DNA from: Candidatus Gottesmanbacteria bacterium
GTDB lineage: Bacteria > Patescibacteriota > Microgenomatia > UBA10105 > UBA927
NCBI GenBank assembly: GCA_030679255.1
Contig: JAUXTO010000017.1
Location: forward strand, 1,925 to 65,924
DNA length: 64,000 bases
Direction: 5' to 3'
Shown: piece after piece, positions 7,970-18,001 of the stretch
How the letters are laid out: each line of letters opens with the position of its first letter
Numbering within the stretch: the stretch's first letter is position 1
Translations under genes and position numbers: made by a program
The notes under the pieces: model-generated
Told to the model about the DNA's origin: nothing
The model's database searches: none
What the model saw: the letters and a program-made list of their open reading frames with translations, nothing else

Positions 7970-9451
7970 ATGCGCCAACTCTTTACACGGTATCCCAATA
8001 AAACACGCCGGTTCCTCGAGATTATCGTGCCGGGCACGAGCTGGCTTCTCATTACCATGCCCCTCTGGCTCTCGTTCTCCCATCCGGCGATGGTTGCCTA
8101 CCTCATCATCACATTCGACGTCTACTGGTTATATAAATCCTTTACGCTTGCCATCCACGCAATCAAGTCGTTTCTTACTCTCCAGGCCCATGTCAAAGTC
8201 GATTGGCGCGCGCAGGCCCAAATCACTCCGGGGTTCTCCGGCCTCCATCACGCCATCATCATACCGCAATACAGTGAGCCTATTCATATCCTCCGCCGGA
8301 CTCTTGAAAATTTATTGAAACAAGACTATCCACACGACCGGCTCGTTATTGTGCTTGCCACCGAAGATAAAGATCCTAACGCAAGGGAGACCGGCACCCT
8401 TCTGAAAGAAGAATTTGAGAATAAATTCGGCCATTTCCTCGTCACGCGTCATATCCTCCATCACGGTGAAGTCGCCGGAAAATCAAGTAATATGGCCTGG
8501 GCCGCCAAACGGTTAGTCCGCCAGCTGGCGGATTGGCATATACCCGTCGACCGGATCACCGTCACGTCCTGCGACGCGGACGCACTGCCGCACCCCAAAT
8601 ATTTCTCGGCTCTTACGTGCCAATTTCTTGACGATCCGGATCGGGAGTTCCATTTTTATCAAGGTGCAATTCTTTTTTATTCCAATATCTGGCGGATCCC
8701 GCTCCCTACCCGGGTCATTAACACGTTGGGAAGTATTTGGAATTTGGCGCTCCTGTCCCAACAAAGCAGATTTATCAATTTTTCTACCTACTCCCTATCT
8801 CTGGCGACGGCAGTCCGCGTCGGGTACTGGGATGTGGACGTCATCCCGGAAGATTATCATTTATTTTTTAAAGTGTACTTTGCCTTAGGAGAAAAAGTCG
8901 CCACCCGCGGGATATTTTTGCCTGTCCTGGTTGACGCAGCCGAGAGCCGGACATTTATCGGTACGCTCATCAATCAGTATGAACAATCCAAACGCTGGGC
9001 GTGGGGCGTCTCGGACATCCCCTATGTCATCCGGGGTGTATTTCTCAACAATCACATAGCCCTTCATGACCGGCTGCGACGGCTCCTCTTCCTCCTCGAG
9101 CATCACATTTTCTGGCCCTCCAATTGGTTTATCCTGACGTTGGGAAGCGCTATCCCTCCCATCCTCAATCCCGCGTTCGGCAGGACGGTGTTGGGCCACA
9201 ATCTCGCGCAGATTTCCTCCGGCATTCTCACGCTATCAGCGGTCTTTCTGCTGGTCGTTATTGTAATTGACCTGCGGGTAAAACCCCCGCGACCAAAGGA
9301 GTTTGCTGCCTGGAAACTACCGTTTCTCTATCTCCAATGGCTCACGCTTCCGATCGTTTCATTTTTTCTCGCAGCGCTCCCGGGCCTCGATGCGCACACA
9401 AGACTTATGCTTGGAAAACGTCTGGAATATCGGGTGACAGAAAAGGTATAA
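7970..9451 (+). CDS. membrane-embedded glycosyltransferase family 2 (cellulose-synthase-like architecture)
   Basis: 493 aa, N-terminal TMs, central GT2-like region (TSCDADALP, QxxRW-like QSKRWAWG), C-terminal TMs. Confidence 0.5.
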   Translation: MRQLFTRYPNKTRRFLEIIVPGTSWLLITMPLWLSFSHPAMVAYLIITFDVYWLYKSFTLAIHAIKSFLTLQAHVKVDWRAQAQITPGFSGLHHAIIIPQYSEPIHILRRTLENLLKQDYPHDRLVIVLATEDKDPNARETGTLLKEEFENKFGHFLVTRHILHHGEVAGKSSNMAWAAKRLVRQLADWHIPVDRITVTSCDADALPHPKYFSALTCQFLDDPDREFHFYQGAILFYSNIWRIPLPTRVINTLGSIWNLALLSQQSRFINFSTYSLSLATAVRVGYWDVDVIPEDYHLFFKVYFALGEKVATRGIFLPVLVDAAESRTFIGTLINQYEQSKRWAWGVSDIPYVIRGVFLNNHIALHDRLRRLLFLLEHHIFWPSNWFILTLGSAIPPILNPAFGRTVLGHNLAQISSGILTLSAVFLLVVIVIDLRVKPPRPKEFAAWKLPFLYLQWLTLPIVSFFLAALPGLDAHTRLMLGKRLEYRVTEKV

Positions 9452-9458
9452 TAAACAC

Positions 9459-10808
9459 ATGTTCACTTGGCTCCTTGCCCACTCACCCCTCTTCTACTTT
9501 ACCCAAAGCATTTGGCGGGATGAAGCATTTTCTATCTTTGTCGGAGAAAAATCCCTATCATTTATTCTCCAAAATCTTACCTTTGAGCCTCCCGTGTATT
9601 ATATCCTCCTTCACTTCTGGATCCGCCTTTTTGGGACGGGTGAAATCGCCGTCAGAAGCCTTTCACTGTTAGGATTTAGCCTGGCGACCGTCGTCGTCAT
9701 ATTCTGGAGTGAAAAGCTATTCCGCAAACACTGGCTCTCCTGGGTCACACCCATCCTCTTTTTTACCAATCCCATGCTCGTCTATTACGCATTTGAAATC
9801 CGTACGTATGGCTGGTATATGTTCTTTGCCGTGCTCTCGCTTTATGCGTATGGTGAGTCGCGGTGGCGCTTGTGGGTCATCGCCACTCTATTAGGGTTTT
9901 ATACCCATACATATTTCCTCTTTCTTTTTGCCGCCCAAGGCATTCATTGGATGACATTCCATCGGAATAAACTTATGAAGCCATTTTCCCTTCTCCGCGA
10001 GCCCATGATCGTAAGCTCAATCCTCGCATTCTCCGCGATGATTCCATGGCTGATCCGGGTCATACGTGAAGCGGCAACACTCAAGGATTCCTGGTACTTT
10101 CCGGTTAATTGGAATTTAGTGCGATCAGTGTTGGGCAATATGTATCTGGGATATGAAGGTACACCATGGCACCTCTGGGGATTTACCGCCAATCTATCGC
10201 TACTCCTGCTCGTGATGTTTTTCTTCGCGTTACGGGGTAAAGCAACACGCAGCCGCAATACCATCTTCCTTTTTAGCGCCATTATTCCCCTCGCGATTGT
10301 CATCGGCGTGTCATTCATCAAACCTTTATTCGTCAACCGCTATCTCATCAGTGTCACGATAGCCGAAATATTCCTGATCGCTCTTGCCATAGAAGCCATT
10401 AAAAATTCCTTTATCCAAAAATTTGTTGCTTGGTGCTTTGTGCTTGGTGCGTTAGCATTTAATATGTGGTACCCCTCCCAACACGCCAAACTCGACATCC
10501 GTACGACGATACAGGAAGTCAACGCGCTGAAAGGAAAAAACGATATCATTCTCGCAACAAGTCCTCTCATTTTTTTTGAAACTCAATATTACTCCGACGA
10601 CCGACGCCGGGTATTCCTCTATAACCCCCACAGTGTCCCGTTTCCATGGTATGTGGGAGGCGTATTAGTCACGAACGATCAGATGATCACTGATCTTCCT
10701 GTGTATCCTCCATCCCGCGCATTCTTAGTCGCCGAAGACGGATCATTCACCATCAGCTACCGTGCCCCGCCATACGCACTTGCACAAAAAACAAAAAAAG
10801 GGTTATGA
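9459..10808 (+). CDS. GT-C glycosyltransferase, family 39/83-like (ArnT/PMT-like)
   Basis: multi-TM with early RDEAF motif typical of GT-C PMT/ArnT enzymes. Confidence 0.55.
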   Translation: MFTWLLAHSPLFYFTQSIWRDEAFSIFVGEKSLSFILQNLTFEPPVYYILLHFWIRLFGTGEIAVRSLSLLGFSLATVVVIFWSEKLFRKHWLSWVTPILFFTNPMLVYYAFEIRTYGWYMFFAVLSLYAYGESRWRLWVIATLLGFYTHTYFLFLFAAQGIHWMTFHRNKLMKPFSLLREPMIVSSILAFSAMIPWLIRVIREAATLKDSWYFPVNWNLVRSVLGNMYLGYEGTPWHLWGFTANLSLLLLVMFFFALRGKATRSRNTIFLFSAIIPLAIVIGVSFIKPLFVNRYLISVTIAEIFLIALAIEAIKNSFIQKFVAWCFVLGALAFNMWYPSQHAKLDIRTTIQEVNALKGKNDIILATSPLIFFETQYYSDDRRRVFLYNPHSVPFPWYVGGVLVTNDQMITDLPVYPPSRAFLVAEDGSFTISYRAPPYALAQKTKKGL

Positions 10809-11143
10809 ATATCGAGCAAAATTGGGTTCTTTCATTGAGTCGTAAGCTTAGCTTCGCATGTATTGTCCTCTCTGTACTCCTCCTTTTTTGGCGTTATCCA
10901 CGGCTCCCTCCACTTCTTCCGCTTTGGTACTCAAAACCGTGGGGAGTTGAACGGCTTGCCCATCCATTGTGGCTTATCCTTCTCCCCGTGGGCTCATGGG
11001 TGATCATGATCATCAATGCGTTCGCCGCCCGATTTCTCACCCGGGATATGCTTATATTCACGCAACTATTTGCAGTCACGACACTGTTGGTCGCCATACT
11101 CTCCCTTGTGACGATGGCAAAAATAATATTTCTTGTACTATAA
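10805..11143 (+). CDS. hypothetical small membrane protein
   Basis: 112 aa hydrophobic, ATGA overlap with the upstream gene. Confidence 0.35.
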   Translation: MNIEQNWVLSLSRKLSFACIVLSVLLLFWRYPRLPPLLPLWYSKPWGVERLAHPLWLILLPVGSWVIMIINAFAARFLTRDMLIFTQLFAVTTLLVAILSLVTMAKIIFLVL

Positions 11144-11149
11144 CCATTC

Positions 11150-12235
11150 ATGTCCCAAGCAATTCCGGCTTTTCTTGTTTCCACACTCATCACCCTTCTC
11201 GCCACTCCCATGGTGCGGAGGATTGCTATACGATTTGGCTTGATTGATGACTCTGTCACACGCCCTCATCCTGCGCATACCCACACCGGTATCATCCCCA
11301 GGGCAGGAGGTTTAGCTATCTATCTGGGAACAATCATTACGATCCTTCTATTTTTGCCCGTGACAAAACTCGTCATTGGTATCATGATTGCCATCTCCAT
11401 TCTCACGGTTGTCGGCCTGGCAGACGATAAGGGAGACGTGAATCCCTATCTCCGGTTGGCCACAAATATCACTGCAGCATTGGTCGTCGTCGGAGCCGGC
11501 GCAGGCATACCATACATAACCAATCCTGTAACCGGCGGCGTTATTGCCCTTGATACGTGGCGATTATCATTTGATTTTTGGGGTTACCACTCTATCCTCG
11601 TCTGGGCTGATCTTTTTGCATTTATCTGGATCATCTGGACGATGAATATCGTAGGGTGGTCGGCAGGGGTAGACGGCCAAATGCCCGGATTTGTCGCGAT
11701 AAGCGCGTTCGTACTCGGACTTCTGTCTCTCCGCTATAGCAGCGCTGACCCGACACAAATCTTCGTCACCATCCTGGCTTTCCTGGTCGCAGGCAGTTTC
11801 CTGGGGTTTCTCCCATGGAATGTATACCCGCAAAAAATTATGCCCGGCTATGGGGGGAAAACATTAGCCGGGTTTTTTCTGGCAGTCTTGGGCATCCTTT
11901 CGTTTGGCAAACTCGGAACGGCGATCCTCGTCCTGGGTATCCCCACGATCGACGCAGTGTATACACTCCTCCGGCGTCTCGGTAAAGGCAAATCTCCGGT
12001 CTGGGGAGACCGCGGACACCTCCATCATCGTCTCTTGGATTTAGGATGGGGTAAGCGTCGGATTGCCTTGTTTTACTGGGGGGTGTCCGCTATACTGGGG
12101 TGGATCGCCCTCACGGTCAACAGTCAACAAAAATTATTCACATTATTGTTGGTTGCCGTTATCATTGGAGGATTCCTCACATGGATCAACTTCTTTTCGC
12201 GCTTTTCAAATCCGCCCGACCGCGACAATGGTTGA
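11150..12235 (+). CDS. polyprenyl-phosphate HexNAc-1-phosphate transferase (MraY/WecA family)
   Basis: LADDKGD (DDxxD), NIVGWSAGVDG, multi-TM. Confidence 0.7.
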   Translation: MSQAIPAFLVSTLITLLATPMVRRIAIRFGLIDDSVTRPHPAHTHTGIIPRAGGLAIYLGTIITILLFLPVTKLVIGIMIAISILTVVGLADDKGDVNPYLRLATNITAALVVVGAGAGIPYITNPVTGGVIALDTWRLSFDFWGYHSILVWADLFAFIWIIWTMNIVGWSAGVDGQMPGFVAISAFVLGLLSLRYSSADPTQIFVTILAFLVAGSFLGFLPWNVYPQKIMPGYGGKTLAGFFLAVLGILSFGKLGTAILVLGIPTIDAVYTLLRRLGKGKSPVWGDRGHLHHRLLDLGWGKRRIALFYWGVSAILGWIALTVNSQQKLFTLLLVAVIIGGFLTWINFFSRFSNPPDRDNG

Positions 12236-13119
12236 AAAACTTCGCCATCTTCACGACGATCCTTTTTACCGGACAACTATTCAATGGCGATCTCTTGTGG
12301 CGCACTTCCCTCGCGTTTATTGTTTTCTGTTTATTGTCCTCATCCAACTACATACTCAACGATATCCTTGACGCACCAAAAGATAGAAAACATCCATTTA
12401 AACGATTCCGCCCGATAGCAAGCGGCAAGGTGACGGTGGGACAAGCGATGTTCATGTCTTTTGCCCTCGCAGGAGCCGGACTGTGGATGAGCTACCGGAT
12501 CGGAAATCTCTTTTTTATTTTTGCCGTCGTATTTTTGGCTCTGCAATATGGATACTCGCTGTTTCTTAAACGGTTTACCGTCATAGATATTCTCACGATC
12601 ACGATGGCCTATATCTTGCGTGTGTATGCCGGAGTGGCGGCTACAGGCTATCACATTTCCATATGGCTTGCGCTCGCGGCACTTTCTCTCGCGTTATTTC
12701 TGGCTATCGGAAAGCGCCGGGCAGAACTTACCCTTATACAAAGTTATGAAGGGGTCGTACCAAAAGATACCAGAGTCTCCCTTTCCCATTATTCGGAAAA
12801 ACTCCTGGATACGTATACGGCAATGTTTGCTAATTCAACGTTTCTCACCTACACCTTTTTCACATTTCTTGCCCAACCCTACAATGAAGGATTTTTTCTG
12901 CGCAACTACGGCGAATTTTTTGTTGATATATCAGGCCGGAAATGGATGATGGTCACGATCCCCTTTGTCTTATACGGCATCATGCGCTATATGCAGCTTA
13001 TTTATGAAGGAAAAGGCGAATCACCGGAGAAAATCCTGACCAGCGACCTGCCGCTTCTCACCACCGTCATCCTCTGGGTGGGCATGGTCCTCGTGGTGGT
13101 ATATGGGATAGGAGGATAA
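12181..13119 (+). CDS. UbiA-family prenyltransferase, decaprenyl-phosphate phosphoribosyltransferase-like
   Basis: NDILDAPKDRKHPFKRFRPIASG (NDxxDxxxD) motif, multi-TM; start taken at MDQLLF. Confidence 0.65.
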   Translation: MDQLLFALFKSARPRQWLKNFAIFTTILFTGQLFNGDLLWRTSLAFIVFCLLSSSNYILNDILDAPKDRKHPFKRFRPIASGKVTVGQAMFMSFALAGAGLWMSYRIGNLFFIFAVVFLALQYGYSLFLKRFTVIDILTITMAYILRVYAGVAATGYHISIWLALAALSLALFLAIGKRRAELTLIQSYEGVVPKDTRVSLSHYSEKLLDTYTAMFANSTFLTYTFFTFLAQPYNEGFFLRNYGEFFVDISGRKWMMVTIPFVLYGIMRYMQLIYEGKGESPEKILTSDLPLLTTVILWVGMVLVVVYGIGG

Positions 13120-14040
13120 TTATTCCGTCTTCGTAGCGTACTGCCCCGAAATCCAGCCTTTATTCGTCCCGTCGTATTTGATTTGATACCACGTCGTTCC
13201 CTTTGCATCCGACTGACTGTCTAACAGAGAATACTTTTCTCCAGGCTTGATTTGAGCCGACTCTGTAGCAGACGTCTTCGGCTCCATCCGGACGCGTAAA
13301 AATCCTGTCGGGGTGTCTTTGATAGTCACAAAGGGCTTGACCGGATCGGCAGAAGTTACGGCCTTGGTCGGCGTCAATTTCCCGGTGGGCGTAGGCGTCG
13401 TCTTCCCAGTAGGCGTGGGCGAACCCGATGCCGGTGTTGGGGAAGGAGATGCCTCCTGAGGAGAGCCGGATAATGCCAGCTTGACGACCGCAGATAGTTT
13501 ATATCCGGCGGTCGTTTGTATTTTTATACTCTGACTGACAAATCCGGGGGACGCAAGCGCGAGAACGTGTGGTCCGGCAGCGACACTGGGAAGCGATAAC
13601 GGGGTGATACCCTTCGTCTGTCCGTCAAGGGAAATCGTCGCGCTATCCGGATTGGTGACCACGTCCAGTTCCGATACTTTACTCGAAATTTTTTCGAGCC
13701 ACATGGTCTCGACTGCTGTGGCAAACTCCGATTCTGCTGGGTTGATATTTACATGGGTTAATATATCCGAGGCTATTTTCACACTCCCCTGCCAGGACGC
13801 CAAAGACGCGACCGTGCTCTCCGGAACGATGCGGATCGTATAGTCGCCCGGTACCACCGCATATTTTTGTACCGGTGTCCGCCCAATGTGTTTATTGTCC
13901 AAAAATACGCTTGCCGGTTGGGTGCTTTGGATCGTCAGAGCGCCCTCTTTTGGCTTCATTCCCCCAAAATACTTTGCGACACCCAACAACAGAAGAATAA
14001 TAGCTAAAACCCCGGTGAAAAATCCTATTTTCCGCTTCAT
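13120..14040 (-). CDS. membrane-anchored PEGA-domain protein with Pro/Thr linker and C-terminal SH3b-like domain
   Basis: two PEGA-like blocks (DNKHIGRTP, SLDGQTKGITP), PT-rich linker, C-terminal GTTWYQIKYDGTNKGWISGQY. Confidence 0.55.
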   Translation of the reverse strand: MKRKIGFFTGVLAIILLLLGVAKYFGGMKPKEGALTIQSTQPASVFLDNKHIGRTPVQKYAVVPGDYTIRIVPESTVASLASWQGSVKIASDILTHVNINPAESEFATAVETMWLEKISSKVSELDVVTNPDSATISLDGQTKGITPLSLPSVAAGPHVLALASPGFVSQSIKIQTTAGYKLSAVVKLALSGSPQEASPSPTPASGSPTPTGKTTPTPTGKLTPTKAVTSADPVKPFVTIKDTPTGFLRVRMEPKTSATESAQIKPGEKYSLLDSQSDAKGTTWYQIKYDGTNKGWISGQYATKTE

Positions 14041-14293
14041 AGTAACGACCATCATAGCACAGACAGTAACCCGCTGACAACTTTCTTACCATTGTTTAAA
14101 ATTTGCTTTTAGCGCGTATTTGTGCTATTATTGTCTTCTTGTGCCACTCCAAAAGGAGTGGCTTTTTGATGGTTGGTTAATGAACGAATTCATATTCGCG
14201 AGTTTACCAACCATCAATCCGCCAGGAGCGCTCTTCGAGCCGCGCTACGAATAGTAGGTAAGGCTCGAAGGAAGCGACGGTGGATATACTCAT

Positions 14294-14905
14294 ATGAAAA
14301 ACCTTTTTACTCGAATCACCCGGCATTACCACGGAAGCAATATCGTGAGCTTTATCTTGCGCAAAAAACTGGAGCGGTTTCATGTGCGACAAATACTGGG
14401 TCTAAATCTGGCGAGCCTCGCGTTTGTCGCGGCAATTGTTGTGCCTCAGGTCGACGCCATCACCTCCCAGCTTGAAGTTATGCGGGAGACGGTTGAGACG
14501 ATCGTCGAGGTCGTGCCGACGATGGCCCGCTTTCAGTGGCCACTTACGCGATTCGGACTCACGAGCCGCTTTTCCCCGGGACACCCTGGCCTGGATATGA
14601 CAGATCCCAAAGGGACGCCAGTCAAACCCATCGCTGACGGCACAGTCCTGTCGGTTGAAGCATATCCCTTCGGCTACGGCAAGCACATGCTTATCGAACA
14701 TGATAAAGGCGCGAAGTCTCTGTATGCCCATTTATCGAAAGTGGAGGTCAAAGAGGGACAGATAGTAGACAAAAATACCATACTCGGCGAGGTGGGTTCA
14801 ACCGGATGGTCTACCGGCAACCATTTGCATCTGGAGATCTACCAAGACGGCTTCGCCATCAACCCTCTCGACGCCCTGCCAACCATAACTTCGGTAATTC
14901 CTTAA
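14294..14905 (+). CDS. M23 family metallopeptidase
   Basis: HPGLD, YAHL, GSTGxSTGxHLHLE motifs. Confidence 0.85.
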   Translation: MKNLFTRITRHYHGSNIVSFILRKKLERFHVRQILGLNLASLAFVAAIVVPQVDAITSQLEVMRETVETIVEVVPTMARFQWPLTRFGLTSRFSPGHPGLDMTDPKGTPVKPIADGTVLSVEAYPFGYGKHMLIEHDKGAKSLYAHLSKVEVKEGQIVDKNTILGEVGSTGWSTGNHLHLEIYQDGFAINPLDALPTITSVIP

Positions 14906-14918
14906 AAAGGAATTTGTC

Positions 14919-15287
14919 TTAGATCTTACTATTCCACCACATACGGAACTCCTTGCACAAACCTTTTCCATCTAAGGTCACAAAGAATATTCCATCTAGT
15001 GCTACCCTGTTTCCATTGGAAATCTTTGTGTAAGACGCAGACCAATGAGCTATACCTGTCTGACCTGCCACGGCGATAACATCGGATGAAAAATGAATAT
15101 CTTTTTGAGTTTTCGGAACTTCCTCCCAAATTTTTCGTACAGCCGCACGTCCTTTAAGCGGATCTTGAAATGGATCTTCATAATACAAAACGTTCTCAGC
15201 ACATAGACCCGCGGCCTTTTCAGGATCCCGCATCACCCATGCTTTTCCTAAATGATCGAGCCACTTGGTAAACACAGAATTATTCAT
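14919..15287 (-). CDS. NTF2-like (SnoaL/DUF4440-like) family protein
   Basis: 122 aa, pattern typical of NTF2-fold small proteins; weak. Confidence 0.45.
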   Translation of the reverse strand: MNNSVFTKWLDHLGKAWVMRDPEKAAGLCAENVLYYEDPFQDPLKGRAAVRKIWEEVPKTQKDIHFSSDVIAVAGQTGIAHWSASYTKISNGNRVALDGIFFVTLDGKGLCKEFRMWWNSKI

Positions 15288-15290
15288 GAA

Positions 15291-16046
15291 TTATTTCAGA
15301 CTATATCCCCCATCCACGACCAATGTGTGGCCGGTGATGTAACTTGAATCATCAGAAGCGAGGAATAAAATTGCTTTTGCAAGTTCTTCCGGCTTGGCGA
15401 TCCGCTTGAGTGGCGTTTCCTTACGAAAAAATTCGATAAGGTCGGGTCCGGCACTTTTGGTCATATCCGTCATGACATTGCTTGGCGCGACCGCGTTGAC
15501 CCGTATCTTTGGGGCAAGCTCTTTGGCAAATGCTTTGGTCATCGAGACGAGCCCCCCTTTGGCGCACGAATAAGCGAGAATCGGGGCGACCCCCAGCATG
15601 CCGACGGTCGATGCAAGATTGACAATTGATCCACCATCCTGTTTCTCCATCACGGGAGCAACCTCCTTCGTCATGAGCCACGCCGATGTAAGATTTACAT
15701 CTAAAGTTATTCTCCACGCTTCTATCCCTGTTTTCCATCCTCTCTCGCCGATTGCTCCCGCGTTATTGACGAGAATATCAATTCTACCAAACCGTTTTAT
15801 TGTCTCCTCCACTAATTTTTTGACCCCCTCTTCCGTCGAAACATCCGCCTGAACAAGAAGACAATTATTCTTACCAATAATTTTTTCCACCTCTTCCGCC
15901 TGTTTCTTTTCCTTGATATAGTTAATGACGACCTTCGCCCCTTCTTGAGCAAACAACAGTGCCGTCGCCCGCCCGATCCCCCGCGAGGAACCGGTGATGA
16001 TCGTTACTTTATCTTTAAGTTTCATATCCTTTCTATCCCAACGCAA
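15291..16046 (-). CDS. SDR family oxidoreductase (FabG-like)
   Basis: TGSSRGIGRA, NNAG, YSCAKGG (YxxxK). Confidence 0.85.
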   Translation of the reverse strand: MRWDRKDMKLKDKVTIITGSSRGIGRATALLFAQEGAKVVINYIKEKKQAEEVEKIIGKNNCLLVQADVSTEEGVKKLVEETIKRFGRIDILVNNAGAIGERGWKTGIEAWRITLDVNLTSAWLMTKEVAPVMEKQDGGSIVNLASTVGMLGVAPILAYSCAKGGLVSMTKAFAKELAPKIRVNAVAPSNVMTDMTKSAGPDLIEFFRKETPLKRIAKPEELAKAILFLASDDSSYITGHTLVVDGGYSLK

Positions 16047-17406
16047 TAACTTTTATCTGGCAAAGCTCCTGGAATCCAGGTTTACCGTGCTCTCTTCCCT
16101 TCCCTGATCCCTTGAACCCGCCAAATGGTGTACACGGCTGCCAATGATTTCCTTCGTTGACATCAACGCATCCGGCGTTAATTTTATTGGCCACCCTAAG
16201 GGCCCGATCAACGTCTTTAGAAAACACTTGTGCACCAAGTCCATACGGCGTATCGTTTGCAAGTTCAATCGCTTCTTCTTCCGTTTGAAACGGAATCACA
16301 GGAAGCACCGGGCCGAATACCTCCTCTTTCCAGACTCTCATCGGTCGTTTCACATTGGTGAGTAGCGTTGGTAGATAATAAGCACCGCGTAAACCAACCG
16401 GTCGGCTACCGCCAGAAACAATTCTGGCGCCACGGGTAACCGCATCTGAAACTTGCCCTTCCAATAGTTCCAACTGTCGCTTGGCAACTAAACTACCCAA
16501 CTGTGTGCCTTCACTTTCCGGATCGCCAATCTTGACATCTGCCAATCGTTCCTCAAGCTTTTTCACTAAGGCGCCATATATTGATTTGTGGACGATAAGC
16601 CGTTTTGTCGCGTCGCATACTTGCCCGCAATTCATAAATCTACCCGTATACAGTGTCCCAATAATTGTATCGATATTGACGTCCTCAAAGACAACGGCTG
16701 GATTGGATCCTCCCAATTCCATGACTCCTTTGATAAATTTCTTTCCTGCAATTTCATACAATTTTTTTCCTGTCCCAGTACTTCCGGTAAACCAAATGAG
16801 ATCAATATCACCATTAACCAGTTGCTCCCCAACTTTCCCACCTCCATATATTTGAGAAAAAACTCCCTCTGGCAAATGAAGAGTGTCCATCATCTCGTCA
16901 ATCAACTTCCCCATCAAGGGACATTCCTCGGAGTGTTTAAAAACTACAGTATTACCTGCTATAAGATTGGGGACGACGCCCCATAAAAAATTACCGAATG
17001 GGTAATTCCAGGGGACTATGACTGCGGCGATGCCTAGTGGCTCATAGACCAATCTATGTACTTTCTTATCCTTCTGATAAGAAATCTCATCTTCCAAGTA
17101 TGTTGGACCCTGCTCAAGAAAATCTTGAAAATATCCGTCATCCCAATCTAAATCACTTTTTGATTCCGTAATGGGCTTCCCGATTTCTCTCGTCACGAGC
17201 AATGCTATCTCTTTTTTACGTTTCAAAAATTGTTGATAAAGAGGTTGTAAAAATTCTATGCGCTTGACGACTCCCAATGCCTTCCATGCTGCCGTCGCCG
17301 AACGCGCTTTAGTTATTTTGCTGTTAATTTCTTTTGACGTAGATACATCAACAGAACCTAATACTTCATAATTCTTCGCTGGATTGGTCGAAATTAACTT
17401 TTTCAT
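16033..17406 (-). CDS. aldehyde dehydrogenase family protein
   Basis: 457 aa, ELGGSNP, catalytic Cys region CGQVCDA, GTGK nucleotide motif. Confidence 0.85.
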   Translation of the reverse strand: MKKLISTNPAKNYEVLGSVDVSTSKEINSKITKARSATAAWKALGVVKRIEFLQPLYQQFLKRKKEIALLVTREIGKPITESKSDLDWDDGYFQDFLEQGPTYLEDEISYQKDKKVHRLVYEPLGIAAVIVPWNYPFGNFLWGVVPNLIAGNTVVFKHSEECPLMGKLIDEMMDTLHLPEGVFSQIYGGGKVGEQLVNGDIDLIWFTGSTGTGKKLYEIAGKKFIKGVMELGGSNPAVVFEDVNIDTIIGTLYTGRFMNCGQVCDATKRLIVHKSIYGALVKKLEERLADVKIGDPESEGTQLGSLVAKRQLELLEGQVSDAVTRGARIVSGGSRPVGLRGAYYLPTLLTNVKRPMRVWKEEVFGPVLPVIPFQTEEEAIELANDTPYGLGAQVFSKDVDRALRVANKINAGCVDVNEGNHWQPCTPFGGFKGSGKGREHGKPGFQELCQIKVIALG

Positions 17407-17566
17407 TTAACCTCCTTTAAATAACACATATTTGATCTCTTCTACCACTGCCCCTTCAGACATTCGCGACTTCAATCGGTATCGCTGGAATATCCCGTCC
17501 GAGAAATTTTGTGTCTTTATGTTGTGTATCCATAAAATTTTTTATATATTACTACTCAATAGTTTA

Positions 17567-18001
17567 TCATAACGCCTTATCCATCCAGTGAAATGTAAAT
17601 CCCTGGACAAAGCCGAGTTTTTTGTAGAGGGAGAGGGCTTTGTTGTTTTCGACTTCCGGCTGGATGGAAAGGTTGCGAATTTTCCTTTTTTTTAGTGGCC
17701 CGACCATCTTATTCACGAGCATTGTCCCGATGCCCTGGCCGCGATAGTCCTTTATCACAAACAGCGACTCAAGATATGCCCATCCTTCAAATACCCGGGT
17801 AAGACACATGCCGACGGGCTTTTTGTCGTATCGCGCGATAAAAAAGAGGTCCTCTTTATTTATCCCGATAAGAGCTGCCAGCTCTTCTTTGTTGTACCAC
17901 TTCGATTCCTCTCCACCCCACAGCTCCCAATTCTCCTCCCCCCACCGAAAGAGCGTATCAACATCATTCAAGCTTGCTTCTGTTATCGTCACATCGTTCA
18001 T
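17567..18001 (-). CDS. GNAT family N-acetyltransferase
   Basis: RGQGIGTMLV acetyl-CoA-binding motif; start taken at MNDVTI. Confidence 0.8.
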   Translation of the reverse strand: MNDVTITEASLNDVDTLFRWGEENWELWGGEESKWYNKEELAALIGINKEDLFFIARYDKKPVGMCLTRVFEGWAYLESLFVIKDYRGQGIGTMLVNKMVGPLKKRKIRNLSIQPEVENNKALSLYKKLGFVQGFTFHWMDKAL

